This document shows positions 40,501 to 52,500 of a DNA stretch of 64,000 nt, piece by piece. The DNA is from Callorhinchus milii. Lineage: Eukaryota. Made by a program: the position numbers and the translations under genes. The stretch covers positions 42,224,001 through 42,288,000 of the forward strand of contig NW_024704742.1 of the NCBI RefSeq assembly GCF_018977255.1, read 5' to 3'. The notes under the pieces are model-generated. The model saw only the letters and a list, made by a program, of their open reading frames with translations, did not search any database and was not told where the DNA came from. Position 1 is the stretch's first letter. Every line of letters begins with the position of its first letter.

Positions 40501-43500
40501 TTGCATGCTGTGTGCGTTGAATGTTATAACAGCTTTGTTCTTCCCCCAGTCTGTGAAACAGAAACAAAGAAGCCCTCAGTTAGTTTTTGTTTGTTTGGAG
40601 AAATTAAATTATATATTTGATCCACACAGAATACTCTGTGCTGATTATTTTTCTGTTGCGTTTAATGGGTTGATTGGAGTCCATTGCTGAATGAATTGCA
40701 CACATGAAGGAGAAAGAAACCGAGGAGTATGGGGAGAGGTGGAGGTTCAGGCAGAGTATAAACACCGATATGGGCTAATTGAGCTGAATGGCCTGTTTCC
40801 ATTCTGTAACGTTCTGTGTAACTCTATGAATTGTATGTAGTTTGTGATGGACTGTTGGACTGACTATTCTGATCTCATTTGAGTGCTTTCTGATATATAC
40901 AACATATATATACATATATATAAAAACTATATGTATATAAGACTATATATATATATATATATAGTCTTTCCTGGGATTATAATCCAGGGTCAAAGTTTTC
41001 TTTCAACCTCCTCTCTCCGCAATGGGTGAAGCCCTCTACTTCTATGAAATAAAGTGGCTAAGACATGGAGGGAATTTCTGTTCTAACAGGAATTGCATCC
41101 ATGGCTAAGGACTAGGAGCAGTAACCTCTTCACTGCGCATACATTGCACTGGCTGGCTCACCTCCAGGCTGGTTTCTGCACAGAAAGAATACTGTTGAGG
41201 TCACCAACACTTTGTGATTTCTGTGCATGTCTCTGGTTCCTGATCTCACTGTACTCTGCCACCTGTAATAACCTTCCATTCAAGTGATATTCCTGGCTCC
41301 AAAATAGCCTAATTCTATAACTACTGCTTAGTAATTGACATATGCTTCATTTGTCCACAGGGTCAGGACTGTGATGTGCCCATTCATGCCTGCATTAATA
41401 ACCCGTGCAGCAACGGTGCAACTTGCAATCTTAAAGAGGGAGAAAAGGATGGATTCTGGTTCGTATGGTTCCGTTTATTCGTTGAAAATAGCTGCAAGCC
41501 TGACTTGGTTCTAAAAATGCTTTCTGCGTGTGTCTGTACTCCGATGGCCACCGGCCAAAGAGTATTTTCTACATGGAAATGGCTTCATAGACACACAAGA
41601 TCTCAGGTCTGATAGAGACCAGGGTTGGAGTTATAATCTCCTGACGTATGCTGTATCGTGGTTTCTTTGCACAAAATAATGGGTATATATCAGAGATGTT
41701 TAGGCCAGGGCCGCAGAGCAGTGACAGAGTTAACAGCAATTTCAGACCACAATGTGGTATTTGGTTTTTACTTGCATGTAACCTTTATTGTATCCCAGCT
41801 TTTGGAAGCAATCCAAGGGGAGCACAGAAATGTAACTTTAAATGGCAGTAAATTTTCCAGAACTATAAAAACTACAGATTTGTTTTGCCAGATTGCCGGG
41901 GAGCTTTGATCAAATACAATGAAAAGTGGATGTTAGAGAAGCAGAAATCTGGAAGCAGGTGCAGTGCAGATAGTATTCAGACCCAGTTTAAGATGCCAAC
42001 AAGCGAATACCCTCTGTTCATTAAAGTGCAACTTGAAGCCATAAAAGGGAGCTTCATTTTATTGGTCTGTGGACGCCTCTCTGAATGAGTGCTGATGAGA
42101 TGTTAGTTCACTAAGACAGAACATTAAAGAGCTCTTTTCAGACCACTGCTCGACAGTAGATAATCATGTTCTGCACATTATTGTTTTAGAATGCTTCTAG
42201 GGATTTGGCCTAATTAAAATAAAATTCTAAATCTTTCACAAAAGCCTAGACGTGGGTGGCAGCGTGGATGGGCGGAATTTATTGTAACAATGTACTTTAC
42301 TGTGTTGACTATTTTAGCGCACTGTTTCTGTTTGGGTTTGTTCTGTTACACCCTCTTCGTTCACCATGGTTCCATTGCACACTCAGTCCCGCTGTTCTGT
42401 CCTCATTGATTTAGAAAGATATGCAGACCTGTTGTTAATAAGCACAAATTCTCAGTGTTCTCTAAATGCACAACTTGCAAGTTCAAATCGGTAATCTGTA
42501 TGCCACAAAACACTTCTTTATTGCTGACTAGGTTCCATATAAGGTATCTTTAAACACCAGCAAGTGAGATGCTCTGGATGGTTCAACATAGTGGATAGTT
42601 GTGGAATAAGATGGCTGTTCTTCCCCATGCTATAATGGCCAAGGAGAGGGATGGTAGAAAGTTCCACCTGTGTTTAGGTTTAAGTAATATTTCAGAATTT
42701 TAGAATTATCAAAATCTTAAATACGTCTTTAATTTTGAAGCTGCTTTTCTGCAAGTTTCTTTTAAGGATTTACAGAAAACTGGTTTCAAAGTTGAAACTA
42801 AATTCAACAATTTGCTAAATTCTGCACACTCTGAAATGCTACATTAATAATCAATCTACACATATGAGGGATTTTACTCCTGAGGTGGGAGGAAGATCTT
42901 TCTGTGAAAGTCAAGTCCTTACCTCAATGTGTGTCCTGTGAATTATCAACGAAACACTGCTTTCCCGGATTGAAAAATGAAATTGGGATCTGATAGTTGG
43001 CAGCCAAGATAGCAGCTGAAGTTTTAAGAAATAGGAACACTTATTTGTGCTGAAGTAGGGTGAATGGGGGATTTTCATTTCCACGGCCAATCTTCTGGTA
43101 TGAATGGAAAAATGCCATGTTTTATAACAGATTTGTTAACATATTCAGTAGTTATTAAATATTATAAAATGTTAAATTTTTCATCACATACATTCAGATA
43201 AACTCCACTATGTTTTATACACAGTCTTTGTCAATTGCATTGCACATATATTTCCATGGAATTTTCACCCAAATGTTGAGCTTCACTCCCACATATATTG
43301 TGTGACATTACCCTCTCCCCCACACACACACGCACAGAGATAGATTAACACATTTTACAGTGTGAAGGGCCATTTAAATAATACTGTACATCACCATCTC
43401 AGTGTGTGTGTTTCTCTAGGTAGTGACCCGTCTTGTGGTGCTGTCTGCACAAAGGTAAAAGTGGTAGCTAGGTCTATCAGATTGTGCCTTTCCTCTGTGT

Positions 43501-46500
43501 AATGAGCTGAGTGGCTTGAACAAAGCACTCCTTCTCGGTCAGGCTGGTGGAGAGTGTGAGAGCACTGAGACCCAGGCGTTTCCTAGTGATTCACCTGGTG
43601 ATCGATGGCATGTCAACGCAGCGAAACAAAGAAATGTAAAAGTCATTCACAGACAGCTGCACAGAAGCTAATGAGCAAAGTCCGCAAGCTTTTTAGATGT
43701 CAGGATATTAAATAAAAGGCTTAGATTAGTGCAGCTGCATGGTTCATGAATTATGAAGCAGATCGCTCGATTAGTGTACTTTAATAATTTCACATGAGAA
43801 TGGCAATTAATTCATCAAGATGCTTGTGTGTACGGGTGGCTCCATGCTCGGGCACTTCATTAAGGTATTAAAAGTCCCTTTTCTTAGAAAGACTTAACCA
43901 GCTACAGGTTTGCATCAAAAAAATGTTTTAATAAAGCCACTAATTTTAAGCACTTATAGTAAGTATTACAGTTAATAGATGTGAAGAACATTTAATGAGA
44001 TGGAAAGAGTAATAATTTGCATTCGAAAAGTCTAATCCCTTTTTTGAAACTCAGGAAACTGAGTGAAGGACTGGGGTCACTATCATTTAAATAGTACTGT
44101 ATGTCGCCAAGTTAAAAAGAACAGAGGCAAAACCAGATAACGTAACAAGTGGCCACTGATAGCAAGCTTGGGTTCAATATAATCGTCTGAGGGAGGGAAG
44201 CCTAAAGGTGGTAAGGAATTGCACAGTTCAGGTCATGAGAAAGATTGAGTTACAGTAGGAGATTAGGTTCCACCTATTTTTTAAAAAAAAATAGCTTGAT
44301 GCTATGATGGGGGGACAGTAGGGTGGGTCTTCTGGAAGGTTGAGATCCGATGGGCCAAAAGGTTGCCTTCATCCAAAACCAATCTTGTGAATTCAGAGAA
44401 GATGACGAGTGAATACCCCACCCCAACCGCCCTACCATCGCTGGCCGGGCCTTCAGCCTCTCAGTCCCTAGGCTCTGGAACTCTATCCCCCAGTGCCTTC
44501 GCCTTGCCTCCTCCCTTTCCTCCTTCAAGGCCGGTCTCAAGACCTTTCTCTTTGACCGTGCCTTCAGCTCCCCTCTCGACTCTCTACCCCCTCCTCGCTC
44601 CCTCCCTTCCCTCACCCTGACCATTTCCCCCCTGCTCGGGTCCTGACCCAACTGTACAGCGCCTTGGGACGTCCTCCTGACGTGAAAGGCGCTCAATAAA
44701 TGGAATCTTGTTGTTGTTGAGTGGGCAACTCAACATATTTGAATATTGGGTGGAATAAGAGAGGAATTCTCAGAGGAGCAATGGGAATTAATGAAATTGA
44801 GACAGGAGAGAGCGAGAGAGGGTGGATACACATTGTCTGATATGTGACCCACCTCCCTGATGGAGGGTTACATGCACAATGTGTATCCTGTCCAGTTCTG
44901 CAAGAGAGATGTTAGAAGAGCATCGCCAACAAAAGGGCAATGCCCAGAGACAAATTTGGAATTCATAGAGACTTGGGCATAGTTGGCGCAAAAAGAGGAA
45001 GCTTAGTTACTTGGAGTTAGGTTTAATAATGTAGCAGATGTGAGAATTCCACTTGAGATGTGAGGAGATAGTAAGATTAGGCAGTCATGGTTAGACCTAT
45101 GAGAGACATGGAGAAACAGCATCTTTGAGGAATTGAAAGAAACAAAGATTAATATTGTCACATTAGAGGAAAGCCAATGTTTACTGATTGTCAGTAGACA
45201 TGATGAACCTTATGTGTACTGAGATGAATTGATGAATTGATTATTTTCTTAGTATTAAAACCATTTTCTGAAAATGTAAGATGATGACCAATTTTGGACA
45301 TTTTTGAAAAGTAAATAAAAATTAAGAGTAAATTTTAAAAAATTCCAAACTTCCGTGCGATCTTAAATGTTTTTTATTCTGGTTTCCACTACGAGGTGCC
45401 TCAGTGAGAATGTATGGCGTGACTTGTCCTCTTTCCTCAGGTGCTCATGCGCTGATGGCTTTGAGGGTGAGATCTGTGAGGTGAACATTGACGACTGTGA
45501 AGACAACGACTGTGAAAATAATTCAACCTGTGTCGATGGAATCAATAACTATACCTGCCTCTGTCCACCTGAATACACAGGTAAGGAGTTGATGCCAACT
45601 CAGTCTTTCCTAAAGCATGCACATGTACACACACATGCAAACATTGTACACTTATATACACAAATACACATACATGTACAAAGACACCATAGATTAGAGC
45701 ACAATTCAGTCTGTCACAATATGGCACAAATAATGGGAACTAATTCATATGGCAGTATTTAATTCCTTGTGTTTTTTTATGGTTATTAATAAAAATCTTT
45801 ATGGAAATAAAGATGTATTGACCTGTTTGAATAGCGGCAACTTGTAGTGTAATAGGAAATTATGGTTTATTTTAGGTATTCTTAGTTTACCCTTTCTGCT
45901 GGTATAGGGTTCCACAGTAGCACTTGTGTGCAAGGAATCATTTCATATTGTTTTGATACATCCATTGAAACCTGAGATGTTAGGAGAGTTCAGGCTCTTC
46001 AGCGTGTGTGACCCTGTGAATGTGAGGGCATCAGCAATAAGGTTATTCTTACAAGTGTCCAATGACCACATGCTGTTTCCAGAAGGAGTCAGTCAGTAGA
46101 GTTCAGAAATGGACATTGAACAAGACACCTTCCTCACATGTAATAGTTCAGCACTATATGGAGTCCTATGTGAAGTCCTGTAGCTCAGTGGTTAGAGCAC
46201 TCGCTTTGCAAGTGAAAGACCTGAGTTCAATTCCAGGCAGGGCGAAACCTTGGGCAAGTTTCCTTACTCCACACGCCTAATAATAATCCCTCCAAAAAAT
46301 CAAAACAATAATAAATTGGTCATTTTCAGTCTACGACTGTTTGTGCGCAATTGGCTGCCGCGTTCGCCCATAAATATACGGTCAATTCACTTTACAGTAT
46401 ATTCTGTGAAGCACTTTGGGACGTCTAGAAGACGTGCAAAGTGCTATATCAAATGCAAGGATTATTATTATTATTATATTCCACAATGCAGTTTGTCACT

Positions 46501-49500
46501 TTGGGACACAAATTTTCACAAATACATTTTCACAAATTCTACTTTTAATCTAAAGCTCCTGAATATATAATACTCAAGAGAAGCTAAATTAACGTACAAA
46601 ATAAAAACGTATTAGTTTTGAAACAAACGTTATGCAATGAGCTTTACATCGAATCATTTCAGATATTTGACAATCTACAATAACAAAAGTTGATGATTTA
46701 TTTTTACATATTAACTTGCTCCATTGACCTGTTTGTGGTAAAAACAGATTCAAAGTTCTATTCTGATGTTCTTCCACCTTGAAAATAGCCCGATTGGGAG
46801 TCAATTGTTGGTTGACTGGAGATGTGTTGTGACTGGCCCCCATCTAACAGGTGGTAAGCTGTTTGAGGGAAAAAAAACACTGCAGCTACAGCATAAACAA
46901 TAGTCTATTGATTTTCTACTGCGATGTAAGTATGACATAACAGAACAAAGCAATGTGGAGATTTGAAAGGCAGATCTCTGCATGGTTTGTACAGTGATGC
47001 ACAATATGAAATGATCAGATAAGAGATGGCTAAAAGAGGCCACCAGTAAACTACTTGGAGGTAATTGTACCACACGCACTAACCACGTACAGCCAGGAAC
47101 AAAGGCTTCATTCAGTGTTGGACCTCTCCAATTTTGTAACTCTTTACTATATATTTTCTTTGGAATAATCTGTTTTACTCCAGGCACAGAAAACCTACCT
47201 CAGATAGTGATGTATGGCCTATGGGTTCAGTCAAAACTGCAATCAAGATCCATTGATATAGAAAATTGCCAAGGCACTCCATTATTTCATAATATATGAT
47301 TTACAGCCGGAATGAGAATTTTCAGATTTATTTGGAAATTAGAAATTTTGCAGATTTGTACTTTATTCCATGGATTTTGGGTAGACTCAAGAAGTTCTGA
47401 TATGTTGATGATCTCTCTAAACTGTGCTATTTCATACTTCAGTTGGGAAATAAACATTGCCTGTTGTAAAATTAAGCCATAGAGATTTGGAAAGTCCCAG
47501 TTTTGAACCTTGATCTGTTGTTGGCTTCAGCCTAGGTATTAGTGGCTGTACTAGGGAAGAGAAACAAATCAAATAAAATTTCCACTACTTATCCTCACGT
47601 GTGGATGTTAGGATGAGAGCAGGGTTAGGATGAACTGTGTTGCCAAGCAATTGTACCTCAGTACGAGTTTGTGCCTTCAGGACAGGAAAGTGACTTGCAT
47701 TGCACCTAACTGAATACATTTTGTAGTAAAATTGGAAGTGAGTATTGTCTAGTGATACCTCTATATACCAATAACTACAGTAATAGTCTTACCATTTATG
47801 TTTTTTCTCAAATAACTCATTTAAATAACTCCTGAAGTTATTCTAGATGTGTCGTGTAAATATCACCTGACTGTAAAAAATGCAGATTTGTACATTAATG
47901 AATGCTTTAACCCAGGTTAGCTGATTGTTGCTAAAATAACCTTTTGCTCCCATTTGTCACCCGCTATACTCTGACTATGAGTTCGGGACTGAACAAGCAA
48001 TGATTGTTAATGCTGTACAGATTCATCACATGGACTTAGAAGCGATTGAGGTATATAATGACATAACATATAACTAGCTGAGTCTTGTTTTTGACTTGTA
48101 TCATACAGGTAACTAAGGTGTGTGGAGTGAACACTCAATGGATAAAAGGAAGTACTGGCTTTAATAGCAAAGCCTAAAGGATCTCTCTTTCTCGCTCGGT
48201 TTCCTCTTTCTGAATCCCAGCAAAGGTTGTGTCAAACATGTAGTTGTGACTGTGGTGAGGCTGTCAAACTTCTTAGCTGTTTGACACATTGTACAGCTGA
48301 GGGTTAAACCAGCTTGTATGTGGTAGCATTCAAACCGACTACTGTTGCATTATCTGGTGGTTGCAATTCTGCACATCTGGCATCTGATTGAACAAAACAT
48401 TGCATTGCTGGAGTGTTGGGGTGAAGGGAATAGAAGTGGAACTTGCAGTCTTATGGTCCATGTCTAGCTTGAGCAGCAATAATTTGAATGGTTTTACTTG
48501 GTGCATTATTGCAGATTTGAAAAGAAGGAAGAAAGGGAACTTGGGGATAAATGCACCAAAAGGGAATTGTCATCAAGACAAAATGTTGGCTTAGTTTTAT
48601 ATTGATGGTGAAATTAGAAGAGGGCACACAATATGTTACAAGGAAGATGCGATGCACATTTGTGCTGCATTATGTTTTGACCCAACGTACAATACTGGAA
48701 TTTGTGTTTGTAAATGAACAAGAGAACATTTGCCCAAATTGCTTTAACAAAGACTGTGCACCTTTGAAATGGCTGCATTAAAACAAATCTATTGCAAAGA
48801 TTGATTACATCCGCTTTGAATTACTGTGGCTTGATTCTGATCCCTGCTAGGTTGACTCACTGTTTTGGATCTTTCATTCTCTGTGCAACACCCAGTAGAA
48901 TTTAGCTGTATTGTGGCACAATTTTAGAGCATTCGGAGTTACTGTATGTGCTTCTTACTGATGGCTGAAGTGCTATCAGTGACGGCTTGTGCACATGAAG
49001 GTGACCAGGGTCATTTCTTTGCTGAGAACCTTTTTTCTTCATTTTAAGAATAACAGAAAACTGATTTCCAAGTCAAGAATACAACAACAAATTACATTTG
49101 TATAGCGCCTTTCACGTTGGGAGGATGTTCCAACTCGCTGGACAGTTAGGGATTTTAACCCAAATAGGGATTGGGATCAGGAGGGGTGGAGGGTAGAGGG
49201 TAGAGGTAGCAGGGTGGCTGAAAGTGCAGTCGATGAAGAGCGTCTTGAGACGTGCCTTGAAGGAGGCAAGGAAGAGAGCAAGACAAAGGGACTGGGATGG
49301 AGTTCCAAAAGGTGGGGCAGAGAGGGTGAAGGCCTGACCGCCAATGGTGGGGGATGTGGAGCAGGCCGCAGCCTGCTGAGCGGAGAGAGAGAACAGGTTG
49401 ATATGGCATTAGCAGGTCACAGAGGTAGGGAGAGCAAGGATGTGAAGGGCCTTTGAGGCGAGGACGAGGATTTTGAACTCTAGTCTTTGGGGGATGGGGA

Positions 49501-52500
49501 ACCATTGAAGCCAGGCGAGGGTAGGGATGTTAGGGTCACGGAGCCTGGTGCGGAAGAGGACATGACCTGCAGAGTTCTGAATCATCTGCAGCTTGTGGAG
49601 GAAGTTGGGGAGGCCGACAACCAGGGAGTTGACGTAGTCGAGCCTTGATGTATAAATAATTGCATGGATGAGAGTTTTGGTGGCCTGAGGTGTGAGGCAG
49701 TGACAGAGCCGGGCGATGTTGCGGAGGTGGGGGAAGGCAGAGCGGGTTATGGCACAGATGTGGGTAGAAAGGACAGTTGAACGTCAAACAAGATGCCAAG
49801 GTTCCGGACTGGCTCAGTGAGATGGAGTGTGCATCCTTGGATGGTGAAATTTCAAAGTTGAATTCAACAACCTGCCAAATTTTGGATGCTCTAAAATGCT
49901 AGATAAATACAGTGGATCTAAGACCCACTGGAATTTCTCCCAATTTCTCCCCAGATAAAACATTTATCTGTTTAGTTCCATTCTCTAGCTTCTCCAATAC
50001 ACTTTTATATTTTTCCTTCTGTATATTTATTTAATTCACTCCTAAAATCTAATAAGGATTCTGCCTCCAACCACTGTTCCAGGAAGGGCTTTCCAATCAC
50101 ATTACCCACTGAACAGGTTGTTAAATAAAGGAAAATAGTTGTTGATCTACACCAAGGTGGTGGTTTAAATGGATGCTGTGACCCATGGGGGATTTGGCAA
50201 AGCTAACGGAGGGACATCAGCGATAGGAGGAAACAGTGTAGAATAGTAATACGACAAGAGAATGGAATTGCATAGGACGGATTTGCATGAAAACCAAGAA
50301 CAATTATTGAGCTGATACTTTCTCTGCTGCATTGTACTGTTGCAATGTTTTGAAAAGAGTAAACTCAGAAAATCTCTTGTTTCTTCTGTCTCTTGTCACT
50401 CCAAGCTGCTAATCTGAATGAGGTGGAAAAAGGTCAGTTGCAGTCTGTTTCTCCCCTTTTGTCCTTCCATCCTGCTGTTAGACAAGGACCATTTTTGTTT
50501 CTCTCTTGTGCCTGTCACCCGCTTGTTCCTTGGAAATGAGGTGCATGTTTTATTTTTCTCTCCCTCCCCCACCCCAACGCTCACACTTACAGTAAATTTA
50601 CTTTCTTATTATTTCAGCACCACACTGGTGATAGGGATAGGGACATGCAGGTCAAGCTACAGTCCTCCAAATTAAAAGCCCTCTTCATGTTTCAGTGTGA
50701 AAAATAAAATGCAGGTTCAGATACAACTAATCTCTCGGTCCATCGGCCAGTGAAAAGCTGTGTCCTTGTGTTGCCGGAGTCCAAAATAAGATTATTGCAA
50801 GCTCGAAAGTCAAAGAACTTTAATTGTGACTTAAGGTTCCAGAATGAAGTTAAGGTGTAAACCCTCGACAGCCCAGCGCCTTGGGTTGTCCTCACGACGT
50901 AAAAGGCACTATGTAAATGCAATTTGTTGTTGTTAAAATTACGGGTAAAGATTTGCCAAAAATCTTTGATCCCGGAGGCTGGGGAAGGCAACTCCTAGAG
51001 TCAGGGTTTAGCTCTTGCCATGTTTCTAGCCAAAAAAAGCCTGAAAGGTCTGAGAAAAGGTCTGAAATGAAGCAGAGCCACTAGATCTTATTTCCCAGTC
51101 TTTGCGATCACATTTTTTTTGTGCAACAGCTTTAGAGGATCCGTTAACAATTTCATTCACAATCCGTAAATCACAGTGACTTCTGGTTTCTGCCTATCAC
51201 ATTTTCAACCTCATTAGCTCATTGGTACAGAGAAATGATTGCCCTTTGTCGCCATACCAGTCTCTATCTAACTATCCTATTTTTAACACAGAGAAAGAAA
51301 TAATGTGATTTTTACAGAGCCTTATCACATCGAATGGATACAAAATGCCTTACCTTCAAGCAAAGCGACTGATTTTGTAGGTAAACTGACATCTGTACGT
51401 TCCCTTTATCACTCAGTTGAATTGAAGGATATTATTGAAATAATAAGATTGGTTGAAAAATAGGAAAATGAGCATACTAGTGAGAGGATACATAAAACGA
51501 AAGAACAGAAAGAAGTCTTAAGTGATATCCACAGAGTCAGGGCTTGGACATTTTTGTGTTTAACCTATATTACTGACATCGGAGGTGGGGGGATGTGCTA
51601 CGGAGGCAAAAAAAATTAAACTTCAGATAGAAGCTGAATGCGGTATTGATTAAGGTAGGATTATGGTGGAATGAAACACCTTTTCTTGTCCTTCACTTTC
51701 CATTGTACTTGCTGTGTAGCTTTGTAGCACTCTGCTATTGAGGCAGGGCATTTTATTATAGGTGTGAGATCTTGAACAATTTGGTGTGTCACTTAATGGG
51801 GCCTCTGGTGAGTTCTGTGTCACTTTGATTCATCTAGTTAAGAATAGTACATTTCAACTCTAGCACCATGAATTGGCAAAAGTAAGATAAATAATGCAAT
51901 TATCAGAAAACTGGAAAGCAGTAAGATGCATAATCACCACCATTCTGCAGAAAGGAAATCTCTGCGGTAAGATTCATGGTATAATTACAGCATACCCAGT
52001 AGAAACAAAACATTACAATAAAAAAACAGAGTACACCTCTGGAGGGGCAGTAAAGGATTGAAATATACATGAAATTCTCTTTTCCATTAACAGCAACTGT
52101 ATTGAAATTGGTTGATTAATGTGGCTGACACTCGTAAGAGAGTGCAGTATTGCAGGAATGGAAATCTGCACCTCTGCAACCAAGATAAGCTTTTGAAGCT
52201 TAATCCTTAACATTTACACCCATAGATGCTGGCAACTAGGCCTTCCAGGGGAGATAAACTAGCAAATGAATAGTCACTCAGTGGGAATGTTGGAATTGGA
52301 CACATAACAGAGCCTAAGGTTAGCTGTATAACATGCAGTTATACACAGAAACTGGCCACCAGTGACATTGTGGGTCTTTTTGCACGATTGACTGGTCTCC
52401 AATGCCAGAGTCCTATTCTCTTACATTCCACATATTGGTCTACATGGGGTCAAAAATAGGTTAGTGCTGTAAAAGGTACGTTTGAATAACCACAGTATAC

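Noticed and set aside
6330..42447. miR-218 seed matches AAGCACAA (~6330, 19103, 25512, 42440)
   Set aside because: All are intronic and compatible with chance; these are not 3' UTR target sites.
43420..43454. Possible 35-nt poison exon (ctctag|GTAGTG...AAAG|gtaaaa)
   Set aside because: The pyrimidine tract is short, and the exon has an immediate stop and a frameshift. It cannot be distinguished from background without RNA data.
48221..48254. Pyrimidine tract plus a 34-nt cassette ending TG|gtgagg
   Set aside because: The length is not a multiple of 3, it contains an in-frame TAG, and nothing else supports it.
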